Shown here piece after piece: positions 13,791 to 26,734 of a stretch of 64,000 nucleotides of DNA; the first letter of the stretch is position 1; every line of letters starts with the position of its first letter. The DNA lies in NCBI RefSeq assembly GCF_006345805.1, contig NC_042997.1, forward strand, positions 110,856,001 through 110,920,000, in the 5' to 3' direction. The position numbers and the translations under genes were made by a program. The notes under the pieces were generated by a model. It worked only from the letters and a program-made list of their open reading frames with translations, was not told the DNA's origin and did not search any database. The DNA is from Octopus sinensis. Lineage: Eukaryota.

Positions 13791-15010
13791 AAGCACTATG
13801 TGTCCCACCCACATTTAACAAGAAAACTTCTCACACATTCTACCACAACAAACCAAATTACATCTCTTCACTTCCTCACATTTCTGCTTCATGCATTATG
13901 CTTACCTCCCACTCCCCAAGCCTGCCTTCTTGGCCCTCTGCCACTGAATCATTGCTCTCTGCTAGCTTCGAACCTGCATGTTCCACCTACGCCCTGTCTC
14001 ACTGTAACATTGTATATGCCCAGCATTTTGCCACCATCTCTCTCTCGCTCTGTCTCTCCTCCTGCACTTCACTCATGTTGGGTAACCATGCATTTCCTTT
14101 GCAGCATCGCACCTGTTTATGTCTCTCAGTTTCTCTCTAACCTTTCATCATCTGACATAAGATCACCTCCTCCAATGCCTCCTCCCCTCTCAAAAGAGTT
14201 TTTTTTCTTTTTCTTTTTTTTTTGTCTTGCAAGTACTTGGTGATCCTGTCAGTGCAGGTGCCACTTAAAAAAAGCACCCAGTCCACACTGTAAAATGATT
14301 GGTGTTTGGAAGGGCATCCAGCTGTAAAAACTTTTCCAAAACTGACCGCACCTGTGCTTGTGCCATGTAAAAAATGCTAAGTCCACTCTGCTGAGTGGTT
14401 GATGTTAGGAAAGGTATCAAGCTGTAAAAATCCTGCCAAAACAGTTACAGAAGTCTGGTGCAAGCTCTTGGTGCCATTTGTTGGGACAAATTTTTATCTC
14501 TCTTTGATATTTGAGTTTTTAACACATCACATGTGTAATAGATGTTATCACGGGACATGCTGCACTAACTGACCTATCAATAGTGTGCCTAAATTAAATA
14601 TGATAAACAGATGGCTATTGTTGTAGATGTTTCAGTATGTCTTTGATATTTATATCATTCAGAGTAGCATAAAGTATATTTAAGTAGAAATCTCAATGTT
14701 TGCCTGTAAGTTTAAGGATATTTAACCTAAATTTGTTTCATACAAAGTGGTTAACTCATGCTCAGAGTAGAAATAGCCAAAATGAAGTTAATCCATATAG
14801 TCAACATTTTAACGACCACTTTTACATATTCGCAAGAATCAGATGGAATTCTTTGAGTCACATTTTTCTACAACAAAATGCCCTTCTTGTCACCAACCCT
14901 CATCTGTTTCTCAAGGAAGGTAATAATTTCCCCCATAGATGACTGGAATCAAACAACATCATTTAATGGATGGTTGGCGATCATCTACAATCATCACATA
15001 TGTATAGATA

Positions 15011-15859
15011 CAGGGTGTGATGGGTGAATTGTTGCCATTTTATATTTTTAATTTCACACATGCGCATAGCTTGCTTTTTGTTTTGTCAACTACACGGGTC
15101 AGTTGGGCACTGTCTGTGAGAAAAACAGCACCGTGATGCTATTCATTCTGCTAGAAATTTGGTAACGACATACTGTACAGCTTGGCATTCTCACCAGAAG
15201 CTCCAATACGAACATTTCAGAATGTTTGGGTGTGAATCTGAGGACATGTTCTGAGGATGATAAAAATCAAACATCCAGTCAACATCATGGTGTTTGGAGA
15301 GATCACTAGTGTTGGCAATGTTATGCCTCCATTCATCTGCCCAAATGGCCTCAGACTCAACACTGAGGCCTACATCAAGTGCCTGGAGGAGGTAGTGCTG
15401 CCCTGGGTGAACAGGGTTGATGGTGGAACACCCTATATCTGGCAACAGCACTCTGCACCATGCTACACAAGCAGGAGAACCCAGTCATGGCTGTCAAACA
15501 ATTTCTGCGACCACATCACCCCAAACACCTGGCCACCTAACTCTCCAGACTGCAGCCCCCTTGATTATCATGTGTGGGGCACAGTTGAGCGAGACACCAA
15601 CAAAACTCCTTGTAACACCAAAGATGAATTGAAGGCAAAGATTATGGCAACATTCACCAACTTAAACAAGAGTTACAGGAGATTCCAAAGTCGTCTGGAG
15701 GCCATAGTTGAAGCCAATGGCGATTTTATTGAATAAATTTACTCTTTAGTATTTCAAGATATTTTTATGTAATTTTGGTAAATATATCTGTTAAAATGAA
15801 ATGCCATTGTTATTTTCATTTTTGCATAATTTAGATGACAGTTCTATCACCGCATCCTG
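15011..15859 (+). mobile_element. Internally deleted maT (DD37D) Tc1/mariner transposon
   Basis: ORF 15257-15736 has WQQ(H)SAP...WPPNSPDCSPLDY with 37 residues between the second catalytic position (D mutated to H) and the last D. Imperfect TIR cagggtgtgatg / caccgcatcctg with TA flanks. Confidence 0.88.
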
Positions 15860-16599
15860 TATATATACACAATAGGCTTTTAGTTTCTGTCCCTCCAGTC
15901 TGATCACAAGGCTTTGCTTGGCCTGGGGCTATAGCAGAAGACACTTAGCCAAGTTGCCATGCAGTGGGACTGAACATGGAACCACGTGGTTGGAATACAA
16001 ATGTCTTACCACAAGCTAATATTTGCCCATGGCCAGACATGTCTTTCACAGATGACTGGAAATGAACAACACCCCTGTATAACAGTAAAACCCATTTACT
16101 ACCATCACATAATATCAAAATAAAGGCACACACATATATATTTGTGTGTGTGTCCAGCACACACATATATATACATATATACACACACACACATATATAT
16201 TTGTGTATGTGTCCAGCCCATGTCAGCATGAAACGTGGACATTAAATGATGTTGATGAGATGTGTGTGTATGTGTATATATCAGCAGCAGCATCATCATC
16301 ATCATTTAACATGTGTTTTCCATGCTGGCATGGGTTGGACAGTTTGACATGGAGCTGGCCTAACTCCAAGTGTCTGCTATGGCATGGTTTCCACAGCTGG
16401 ATGCCCTTCCTAATGCCAACCCACTTTACAGCATATGTTGGGTGTTTTCTATGTGCCACCAGCATGAACACTTTTTAAGTGGAACTGGCAAGGTTGCGTC
16501 TGTGCTGCACCAGCACAGGTGCTTTTTAAGTGGCACTGGCACCTGGAAGGACAAGCCTGTATGTGTGGAAGATGAGATTTTACTTAACTTGATGCATCT

Positions 16600-16985
16600 T
16601 GTCAAGTACAGCAAATCACCACATTTCTCAGTCCCTCATCATTTCCTTGGTGAGGCCCAGCATCTGAAGATCCTTCCTCACCACTTTGCCTCATGTCATC
16701 ATGGGTCTACCCTTCCACAGGTACTCCCCACAATTAGAGTTTGGTACTCTTTTACACAGCTGTCCTCATCCATACGCATCACATGACCAAACCAGCACAG
16801 TCATCTCTCTTGCACACTACATCTGATGCCTCTTGTACACAGTTTACCTCTTAAATCATTTACACTCAGTGTGTGCACACTGACATTACCCATCCAGCAA
16901 AGTATGTTAGCTTCATTTCTTTCAAGCCTTTGCATGGCCTCTGTAGTCAAAGCCCATGTTTCACTGCGATGTAGCATAGCTGTAC
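16600..16985 (-). mobile_element. RTE-clade LINE 3' fragment
   Basis: TAMLHRSETWALTTEAMQRLERNEANILCWM...RGIRCSVQER; same family as 12805-13790. Confidence 0.85.
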
Positions 16986-17312
16986 ATATATATATATATA
17001 TCTCATGGACTTTCCCGTTGTTAGACAACGCTTGAAGGTTCTGTAATTTCTTGCCAAACAACCACACAGATGATTTGTTTATAGTGATTAAATGTTTGTA
17101 TTCACATAAAACTCACTCTCCCCATCAAATAGACATTACCTGTACAGGTGCACGAGTGTGTCTCATGTCAGGTGACAGAATGATGGCAGAGCAACATGAA
17201 ATGAAGTGCTTTGCTCAAAAGCATAACACAACACTCGGTCTGGGAATCGAAACCATGATCTCGCAATCGTGAATGCAACACCCTAACCACTAAGCCATGC
17301 ACCTTCATTATA

Positions 17313-17349
<37 letters not shown>

Positions 17350-17369
17350 TTATTATATATATATATATA

Positions 17370-17612
17370 TGGCACGTAAAAAGCACCATTTGAGCGTGGC
17401 TGTTGCCCGTACCGCCTGACTGGCCCTCGTGCCGGTGGCATATAAAAGCACCCACTACACTCTCGGACTAGTTGGCGTTAGGAAGGGCATCCAGCTGTAG
17501 AAACTCTGCCAGATCAGATTGGAGCCTAGTGCAGCCATCTGGTTTGCCAGACCTCAGTCAAATCGTCCAACCCATGCTAGCATGGAAAGCAGACATTAAA
17601 TGATGATGACGA
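17370..17612 (+). mobile_element. SINE/RTE-tail family C ending in (GAT)n. More than 20 copies on both strands, e.g. 1825-2120(-), 4346-4670(-), 11238-11427(-), 21150-21600(-), 35548-35945(-), 40529-41010(-), 42300-42625, 47343-47810
   Basis: Conserved ttggcgttaggaagggcatccagctgtagaaac ... ccatgctagcatggaaagc.gac.ttaaa.gatgatg, with variable arrays of gtggcacgtaaaaagcacc subunits. Confidence 0.85.
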
Positions 17613-18025
17613 TACATAAAGAGAGAGATGACCGACTTTGTTCAGTTTCCATCTACCAAATTCACTCCCTAGGTTTTGGTGTAAACCCAAGGCAGTAATA
17701 CAAGACACTTGTTGAAGGTACTGTGTGGTGAGACTGAACCCAAGACCATATTATTGGAAAGTAAGCTTCTTGGCCACACTGCCACACTTGTGTCTATGCA
17801 GTGAGAGGGAAATATCTTCCATGTTAACCTTTCTGAATGAAATTTGGTTGACAGAAACTGTTTGGAACCATGTCAGTAAAAAGCATTCTTGTTCTTAAAT
17901 GGAAAACTTCATTCTCTGGTTGAATCTCAACCCCTGATGCCTTTAATGTTTGTTGCAAGCATTTATGCCAGGTCTCCAGTCTAAAGGTAACCTTTCTCCC
18001 TCCCACCAGCCCCTGAAGCTTTGAA

Positions 18026-18480
18026 ATCTAAGTAGAGATTTCAAACTTAAAATCTTCAAAGCCACAGTCGAACCAATTCTACTATATGGCTCAGAAACCT
18101 GGACATTATCAAAGAAGCTTGAGAGGCGGTTGGATGGAACTTACACGCGCCTCCTTATGAGAGCTCAAAATCTCTCGTGGAAGCGTCATCCAACCAAAGT
18201 ACAAATATATGGGAAACTACCACCTGTATCATCTCTTGTGAAAAATAGAAGAGTCCAGTTTGCTGGACATTGTTGTAGAGCTGAAAATGAGGTAATTTCT
18301 ATTCTTCTCCTCTGGAAGCCATCTGCTCGCGATACCAGAGGGCGCACACTCTCCTACCCTGATGTAATCTCCAGGGATACAGGCATCCAGCAACGGGACC
18401 TCCATAATGCTATGATGGACCGTGAAGTCTGGCGTAACATAGTAAATTCCATTGTCTCGACCACGGTCAAACAATGATGA
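18026..18480 (+). mobile_element. 5'-truncated RTE-clade LINE of a second family, with 12-bp TSD
   Basis: Open frame KIFKATVEPILLYGSETW...RRVQFAGHC...MMDREVWR, (TGA)n tail, and TSD tgaagctttgaa at 18014 and 18481. Confidence 0.9.
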
Positions 18481-18942
18481 TGAAGCTTTGAAGGGGGTTG
18501 CAACAGCTGCCCTTCATTCTTTAAGACATTTAAAAACAAATATATTTATATCAAATTTCAGGTTTGGTCTGCCAGAATCTAAGCTTTTGTCTTTCTAATA
18601 TAATTAAGAACTTCTAAAATGTAATCCTTCTGTTCCATATAAAGGTGATATAAACTTGAAATATATTTTATGGATATCAGACAAAATATTTCTCTTTCCT
18701 GATTCTTTTTGTTCTCTCTTATTCTCATACTAAAACAGATATTGGAGCTCAACATAGTCCTCTGGCTCATTTGTTTCCCATCAATCTGTGCAAACCATGC
18801 CAGTGTGGAAAGATGGATATTAAATGATGATGAGGATGGTCTTACTGATCTCCGATATAAAATAAATTACACTTCTGTAGTTTTTGTTACAATTACTTCT
18901 AAAAGATTGATTCTTAATCTGTTTTTTTGTTTTCGATTTCAG

Positions 18943-19277
18943 AATCACCTAAAAGTATGAAATATATTAGTTTGACCTCATTAACTTTGCAAAATGCCCT
19001 GCTTGCACTTGTTATGCGATATGTGCGTACGAGACCAGGAGATCTATTCATGTCAACCACAGCGGTGATAATGTCAGAGGTTTTGAAATTCATGACTTGT
19101 CTTGTCTTCATTTTTATCCAAGAAGGTAGCGTCTCAAATTGGTTACGACATTTGAATGAGAACATCATCAAACAACCAATTGATTGTATGAAAGTTTCCA
19201 TTCCATCTCTTGTCTATACGCTGCAAAATAACCTTCTCTATGTCGCTGTATCTAATCTGGATGCTGCAACATACCAA
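18943..19277 (+). CDS. SLC35A2: UDP-galactose translocator (SLC35A family nucleotide-sugar transporter), internal coding exon, 335 bp
   Basis: Translation MKYISLTSLTLQNALLALVMRYVRTRPGDLFMSTTAVIMSEVLK...PSLVYTLQNNLLYVAVSNLDAATYQ matches the recalled SLC35A2 N-terminal half (LKYISLAVLVVQNA...[25 protein letters not shown]). Acceptor tttcgatttcAG at 18941-42 (phase 1); donor CAA|GTAAGT at 19278 (phase 0). Confidence 0.93.
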
Positions 19278-19585
19278 GTAAGTATCCGATATTCGTTTTA
19301 AATCTTTACACCCCTATATGAATTATCACATTTAGGCCTAGCTTCTTACCACACAGCCATGAAAACCAATATTCATTGAAAGAATGACAGAGAATCTAGT
19401 TTGAATATATTTCCTTTGTTACATTTTGACATCTGAATATTTGGGTGTTATCTTAGTTAATTCTAAATGAATACCGTAAATCCTCGACCACCTTAATATG
19501 ATATAATAAATGTGAATGTCAGTGTGTCACACTTTTTCAACTTTACTCCTAGAGACTGTAGCCCAACATATACCATTTTGGAATC

Positions 19586-19885
19586 AGGCTGACTCCATGA
19601 GTAAATTAAAAACATTCCAGGCAGAATCCGGATCCACAATCCTGAAATTTTGGATTCCCAAGTTTTTGTTACTGTGATTGTTTTTGGCAATTTTTTTACA
19701 TGACTTTTTTGCAACAAATTTTTTTTTACAATAACAATTTTTATAATCTAAAGGCTAACTCCATGAGTAAATTAAAAACATTCCGGGCTGAATCCAGATC
19801 TGCAATCCTAAAATTTTGGATTCCTATGCTTTCGTTACTGTGATTGCTTTCAGCAATTTTTTTACGTGATTTTTAGCGACAAATA
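19586..19885. repeat. Tandem duplication of a ~166-bp unit
   Basis: aggct.actccatgagtaaattaaaaacattcc...gttactgtgattg at 19586 and 19752. Confidence 0.85.
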
Positions 19886-20079
19886 TGGTCATCATTGGGA
19901 TATGACTCTGGAGGAAGCAACTGCAACAAATTCTCCAAAACAAGTCAGGGATCTGTTGGCAGATCTTCCTGTTCAGGGTCAGTTGCTTAAAAGCTATATA
20001 GTAGCTTAAAGGAGTGGGTATTGATCGTACAAACAGGATAAACAGAAGTCAAAACCTGAGTAGACATTTCTTTTTTATT

Positions 20080-20748
20080 CTTAATCAGTAGAAGTTACCA
20101 AGTTCTGTTTTGCAGGAGTACTCGATGCTTGGGTGGACATGGACCACACCCCCTTTTGGTTATTTGGTGGTGGGGTTCTATAGAAACCCACTTTTTCGGT
20201 TGCAGAGATTCTGAATCCTCCCCCAATTTTTTTTTTTTGCCGAAATACGTAGAAAAATATGGAGATTATGATTCTGAAAAAAAAAAATTTTGTAAAATTT
20301 AAATTTTTTTAAATTGATAAATAAATAACCCCTCCCTCCACTCTGCCAGTGCATCCATGACAGAAAGTGAACATGTTGTGGTTGAGGGGCTTTTGGAATT
20401 GAGAGAATGATGTCAAAATTAGCAAAATGTCATTGTAAAAATTTTTTTCTTTTTTGGTAATTCATATTTAGAAAGTGGATCTTCAGTTTAGCTGTTGTTT
20501 CTAGCTCGTCAGACTTTCCAGTTGGAACGTACATAGAAATCGAAAATTTTGAAAACCCCAAAAACGTTGAAGTGGCGATTCTTTTTTTTTTTCTTTTTTG
20601 CTATTCAGAATCTCTGCAGCCAAAAAGGTGGGTTTCTGTAGAAAAAAAACAAACAAAAAAAAACCGAAAGCGGGATGCAGTCCATGTGTTTTACCTCCAC
20701 CAAACATTTCACCTTCAAGTCATTTCGTAACTTCTTCTGCTGATTAAA
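20080..20748. mobile_element. Old MITE/foldback with imperfect long TIRs
   Basis: ttaatcagtagaagttac / gtaacttcttctgctgattaa and tagaaacccactttttcggttgcagagattctgaat / attcagaatctctgcagccaaaaaggtgggtttctgta. Confidence 0.55.
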
Positions 20749-21824
20749 CGTGGATGTGTATTCACTTATCATGTGAACATTCTAATCAGGAAATGGTAAC
20801 TTGCCCTTCAGAAATGCTGTACAAGGCAGATCTCATACATTAACAGAAGCAGCAGCAACAATATTTCTCAATAGTCCTATTGGATTTCATTAGTAGCATT
20901 GTATTAAATAAGTAGTCCGTAAATAGTCATTTAGTAGAAGTAATTTAATAGTTTGTTCTTTCTAATCCTTCTTCCCAATCAACTGAAATTAAGGAAGTCA
21001 CAAGAGAAAACTTTTGATTTCTTGTTCAACCTAATTCTTCTACTGTTTTAACAGCAATACTGCGTTCAGAATTACTGCTTTCTTGTCTGTATCGTACGAT
21101 ACTCATTCAGCATTTCTGTAAAACAACTGTAAGTTTGTTTCTATACACATGGGTTGGACAAATGACTGAGGGCTGGTGAACCAGATGGCTGCACCAGGCT
21201 TCAATCTTGATCTGGTAGAGTTTCTACAGCTGTATGCCCTTCCTAACGCCAACCTGTCCGAGAGTGTAGTGGGTGCTTTAACGTGCCACCGGCATGGGGC
21301 CAGTCAGGTGGTACTGGCAACGACCATGCTCAAATCTTTTACACATGCCACCGGCACGGGGCCAGTCACGTGGTACTGGCAACGACCTCACTTGAATCTT
21401 TTACACATGCCACCAGCACATGTACCAGTAAGGTGATGCTGGTAACGATCACGCTTGAATGGTGTCTTTTATGTGCCACTGGCACAGAGGCCAGATAGCT
21501 GCTCTGGCAATGATCACGCATGGGGCTCGAGTGCCGGTAAGGCGACACTGGTAACGATCACGCTCAAATGGTGCCTTTTAAGTGCCACTGGCACAGAAGC
21601 CGATGGTAGTTACATTTCAGTTAGCTATTTAGCATTTAGAATTGGTGGAAATGAAGTTTAGCTCAGCGCTTCATAAGCTTTTTCCATTCATGACCCCATT
21701 TTTCACCATGAGATTTTTTGTGACCCTAGGTATTAAATATGAAATAAAACATATAAGTAAATACATAAATCTTTTTTTTTTTTTTGCTGAACAGTATACA
21801 TTTAAAAAAGATAGTTATATAATT

Positions 21825-22225
21825 GCAGGTGTGGCTGTGTGGTAAGTAGCTTGCTTACCAACCACACGGTCTCGGGTTCAGTCCCACTATGTAGCACTTT
21901 GGGCAAGTGTCTACTATAGCCTTGGGCCACCCAAGGCCTTGTGAGTGGATTTGGTAGACAGAAACTGAAAGAAGCCCGTTGTATATATATATGTATGTAT
22001 GTATGTATGTGTGAGTATATGTTAGTGTATCTGTGTTTGTCCCCAGCATTGTTTGACAACTGATGCTGATAGGTTTACGTCCCCGTAACTTAGCAGTTCG
22101 GCAAAAGAGACCAATAGAATAAGTACTAGGCTTACAAAGAATAAGTCCTGGTGTCGATTTGCTCGATTAAAAGCAATGCTCCAACATGGCCGCAGTCAAA
22201 TGACTGAAAACAAGTAAAAGAATAA
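21825..22225 (+). mobile_element. tRNA-derived SINE family B (CORE/Nin-like body with internal (TG/TA)n). Other copies: 495-870, 4125-4345(-), 5360-5715, 31315-31670, 38783-39125, 39710-40082, 42085-42790(-), 53100-53490(-), 53777-54075
   Basis: Head gtggctgtgtggtaag...gggttcagtccc, body ccttgggcaagtgtc and gatagaataagtactagg...ctggggtcgat, tail gactgaaacaagtaaaaga. Probably one of the known octopus SINE families (inference). Confidence 0.85.
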
Positions 22226-22589
22226 ACGAATATTTGTCAAAATAAAAGTAGTTTTAAGATTTGTTTCAAGTTTCAAAAATAAACCAAAGTAAAAACCAAT
22301 GCGATGAATGTTCCTAGTTTTTTCCTGCAGAACAAATTAAACCTTGGTGTAATTAATATTTGATACTGCTGGACGTAAAGTGTCTTCTACATTTTTCAGC
22401 ATTGAACAATATTTTGTTTTAATAAGGGTTAAAGCTGAAAAAGTTGTTTCACATATGTATGTGGTGCTAAATGACCAAAGAACATGTTATGCCATTTCAG
22501 AAATAAGGCAGCGAGTTGGTAGAAAATATAGCACACCGGGCGAAATGCTTAGCAGTATTTCTTGTCTTTACATTCTGGGTTGATCTAAT

Positions 22590-22677
22590 CAACAAACAAA
22601 ATGAGGACAAATATCTGTCAAATGTAAATAAAGTAAATAATGTACATAATTCCTCATCTCTTAAATATCAAACTGTA
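22590..22677 (+). mobile_element. Family A 3' fragment (a similar tail-only fragment lies at 885-930, minus)
   Basis: aacaaacaaaatgaggacaaatatctgtcaaatgtaaat...cataattcctcatctcttaaatatcaaactgta. Confidence 0.75.
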
Positions 22678-23349
22678 TCACTTACACTCTGTTGTAGCTG
22701 CACACTGACATTACCCATCCAGTGGAGCATGCTGGCTTCATTTCTTTCAAGTCTTCCCACATCTTCATTGGCGGTGCCCCAGCATGGCCACCGTGTCAGG
22801 GCTGAAACATATAAAATACTCCCCCACCATATATATGTGTGTGTGTGTATCTATGCATGTGTGTATGTATGTGTATATCTATGCATGTGTGTATATGTGT
22901 ATCTATGCATGTATGTATGTGCGTGTGCATATGTGTGTGTGTATATCTATGCATGTTTTTGTGTGTGTATATATACATGTATTTACATATGTGTGTATAT
23001 GTACATTTATCACCATATTTGACCTATTTTCCTTTCTCAACCAGTTTTCGTTGTAACCTCCTTTTAATTTCTTGATTGTTTTCACTTCAACCAACCCACC
23101 CACCCACCCACTTCCATCAGATAATGTGTATCTAGGAATACATTGTCAGATGTGACTTCCTTCTAAGAATGTCTGGCAAGTGATTTCAGAGAGATTTAAC
23201 AATTATATCTAGCATACCAAAGGCCTTCTCTCTCTCTCTCTCTGCCACCCAGAACATTCTGTTATGAGGCTCTTGTTTGGTCTTAATGTGTTCACGGTTG
23301 AGGTTTTAGTCATGTCAAAGAAAATAACTCCTTTACAAACACTCCTTAC

Positions 23350-23512
23350 TGTCACCACCATCACTACTACTACTACTATTATTACACCACCACCACTACT
23401 GTTACTGCTACTACTACCACAACCACTGCTACTACCATCACCACTACTACTACTACTACCACCACTACTACTACCACTATCACTACCACTACCACCATCA
23501 CCACCACAATCA
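23350..23512. repeat. (CAC/CTA)n trinucleotide tract
   Basis: Direct inspection. Confidence 0.9.
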
Positions 23513-23819
23513 TCTGAATGTAAACTACAAGCAGCCATACTTCTAAGCGATGGTATTTAATTTGCAAGTGATGTAAGTCTCAAACAGCTCTTGAATGGTT
23601 CCACCCTCACTTCTACAAACAAAGTCTATCCTTATCTGATAGGTTACAATAAAGCTGGAACCAGTTTGGAGTTGTCTCACATACTTACTAAGAAACTAAT
23701 TAATTTAGTATCAGTCATTAATTAATAGTGTTTTCTGTTATGTTTTGTTTTCTCGCTGCATAATTATTTGTAATTAGTATTTTAAGGTTTCTTTATTATT
23801 TCAATATTAATTAATATTA

Positions 23820-25005
23820 CAGTAATTCCTCACCATATCACAGTTCACCTATTGCGCCCTCAGTACATCACAGATTTTTATGGTTAATATATGTAAATTT
23901 ATATCATGCAATCCTCAGTATATTGTGGGTTTCTGCAGCCAATAGGTATTTAGATTTTTTTTTAGATTTTAGTTATTTCTGTGATAAAATAAGCATTTTC
24001 ATCCCTATGAATTAATAAATAACAAGAGCACTCAAAGAGTGCAAACCTCCACCAAGGTAAGACCAACATCCTCTCAATGATTAGCCCAAAATGATTTTTA
24101 AAATGAGAATATCTGAAATAAACTCGGCTGCTCTCACAAACGAGAATAATAAAAATGAACCCGACTGCTCTCAAAAATTAAAAAAGAAACAGAAAAATAA
24201 TCCAGAATCCTTGTCTGGTATTGGACTGATCCCAAAATCTAATCAGTTCATGCTGGTCACGAGGCCAAACATCCCTGAAAGTTTCATCCAAATCCATCCA
24301 GCGGTTCTTGAGATATCTTGTCCTCAAACAAACAAACATGACTGAAAACAATACCACCATCTTTGCTAAGGCGGAGGTAAAAGTAGAGTACAGTACGGCT
24401 CTGTATAACACATTAATTAAAATATATTAAAAGAAAATGCATAGAGTACCGGAGATGAGTAAACAAAGAATCGCACATACCGTATGGAAAACATGAATTA
24501 GGAGGCGAGTGTGTGTTGTTGTTTGGCATTTGTGTGTAAAATTGTGAATTTCTTTCAAGCCTTACAATGTCACCCAAATGTTCTGCACCTTCTAAGGCTT
24601 CTTCTGGCAGTGAACCCAAGCGCCAGAGGAAGATGTTTACTACAGCAGAAAAGGTGAGACTCCTTGACATGCTTAAGGTAGGGAGAAGGTATGTAGATGT
24701 AGGCTGCCAGAAGAACTTCAGAGAATGGCACACCCAGATGATTCATGCATTGCCATTCAGAAATGCAATCGACAGTGCCATGAAGTTTATAAAAACCTCC
24801 TTAGACAGAAGAAAAGGCAGTGCCAGCGACTGCCCATCACTATGTTCCACACCCACAAAAAAAAAGGGAAGACATGGGTACTCTTAAGAGTGTGGGGAGA
24901 GGTTTTATAAAAATAATAAAATAAATATATACAAATTATAAAAATAATAAAAAAATAATTACAGTACAGTACTGTTTCTACTTCATGGATTTTCATCTAT
25001 CACAG
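23820..25005 (+). mobile_element. Tigger/pogo-like transposon relic with a nested insertion
   Basis: TA-cagtaattcctc start; MSPKCSAPSKASSGSEPKRQRKMFTTAEKVRLLDMLK resembles Tigger N-termini. Confidence 0.75.
24021..24382 (-). mobile_element. Helentron-associated (HINE/DINE-like) non-autonomous element nested in the Tigger relic
   Basis: Minus strand starts ttttacctccgcc and ends ccttggtggaggtt-gcactctttgagtgc-tcttgtt: subterminal IR plus 3' hairpin, T-rich ends. Confidence 0.6.
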
Positions 25006-25759
25006 AATCTCAATCAAATTGAAATAAAAAATGGAAATTGTAGTTGTGGCCAATGCTAGTGCCGCCTGACTGGCTCCCTGTGCCAGTGGAATGTAAAAAG
25101 CTCCATCTAAACATGATCAATGCCAGCTCCCACCTCTCTAACTTGCTCCATGTCAGTGGCATGTAAAAAGCACCCACTACATTCTCGGAGTGGTTGGCAT
25201 TAGGAAGGGCATCCAGCTTTAGAAACTTTCCCTGATCGGATTGGAGCCTGGTGCGGCCTCCTGGCTTGTCAGTCCCCAGTAGAATAATTAAGAAGAAATA
25301 TGGTAACGAAAAGCTTAAACTAGACTTTATGGCTTGGCACTTTTCAGGGCCCTGCCCCGCCAGAATATGAGAAAAATTTTTGCATTACTCCTACTTCTAT
25401 TAACAAGAAGACAATTATACACTTATTTTTTATTTTTTTTCCATTACCAAACCCTTGGGCAGTTTATAAAGTTTAAAATTCTCTTAAACATAGCAATTTG
25501 TCTGTGTGTCCTGCTCCCCACTATTTAATCCTTCTCTTCCTCATTCTAAAATATTGTTATAACTCATCGTATCATTATGCCAAAGATTTTATACTGAAAC
25601 CTCCATTGGCCAAGGCTGGTTATGTGGCTACATGGGCCGGTGAGGGCAAGTGTTTTCCCCCTTTAGAGGTGCAGACATGCTTAACTTGCTAACATTCAGG
25701 TTACTTTGTCAAACATTAATTCTTATTTATTCGCATTGTTTTGAATTAATCATGCTTTA

Positions 25760-25920
25760 CAGTTCTATATTTAAGCAATGAGGAATTACATTATTTACAT
25801 TTGACGGATATTTGTCCTCATCTTGTTTGCTGTTAACACAACGTTTCGGCTGATATCCCCTCCAGCCTTCATCAGGTGTCTTGGGGAAATTTCAAACCTG
25901 GGTTCTCATTCCTAAGGTAT
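25760..25920 (-). mobile_element. Family A hammerhead SINE, 5'-truncated copy in the SLC35A2 intron
   Basis: Reverse complement of the family A body and tail; HHR core intact. Confidence 0.85.
25835..25880 (-). ncRNA. Minimal type I hammerhead ribozyme motif (family A)
   Basis: Reverse complement gacac-ctgatga-a-ggctg-gaggggatat-cagcc-gaaa-cgtt-gtgtt; only a loop II base differs from the other intact copies. Confidence 0.72.
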
Positions 25921-26734
25921 CTTGGTTGGTGTTTTTTACATGCCACCAGCATGGGACCAGTCAGCTGGCACTGGCATTGACCATGCTTGAATGGTGCTTT
26001 TTACATGCCACCGGCATGGGAGCCAGTCATGCGGTACTGTCATTGGCCACAACAATTTTACTTACCTCAACAGGTCTTCACAAGCACAGTTTATTGCCCA
26101 ATGATTGAAGGGTACTTCAACACTGGCATAGGCCATGGGTATGGTCTCAGCTATCTGTAGAAATAACCTTAACAAAATAATTTCTACAACCAGTTTCCAT
26201 TTCTGTTGGAAATGAAGAACATCACTTTCATGTTGATGACATTTGTTTACAGTTATCACATAAAGTCTGGCTAAGGAGACACACACACACAACAGGTTTC
26301 TTTCAGTTTCTGTTAACTCACAAGGTTTTGGCTGACCCAGGAATTCTTACCACATTTTGAGGTTCGCTACCTCAACAGCTCCTTTATAGAATCCACTGGC
26401 TAAAGACATCATTAGTAGGAACCACATCCGGTTTTGGCCCCTACTCCCCAACCGCTTTCAACATGCAGCCCCCCCCCCCTTCAGAGGTGTCTTCAGCTCT
26501 GGTGTTGAGTGCGTCTTTTCTTTCTCTTTGTGTGTTTGTGTGTAAACACACGTGTGCATCAGTGTGATCATGACAATGTCATGGTTGAGTGATTCATGGT
26601 TTAAGACGTTAGACCAGAAATCTGTTGTGACGTGACATAATAGATATATATATATATCATCATCATTTAATGTCTGTTTTCCATGCTGGCATGGGTTCAA
26701 TGGTTTGACTGAGGACTGGCAAGCCAGTCTGTAA

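Noticed and set aside
23209-23567. Ser/Gly-, Leu/Pro- and Val-rich ORFs
   Set aside because: Artefacts of the (CAC/CTA)n tract.
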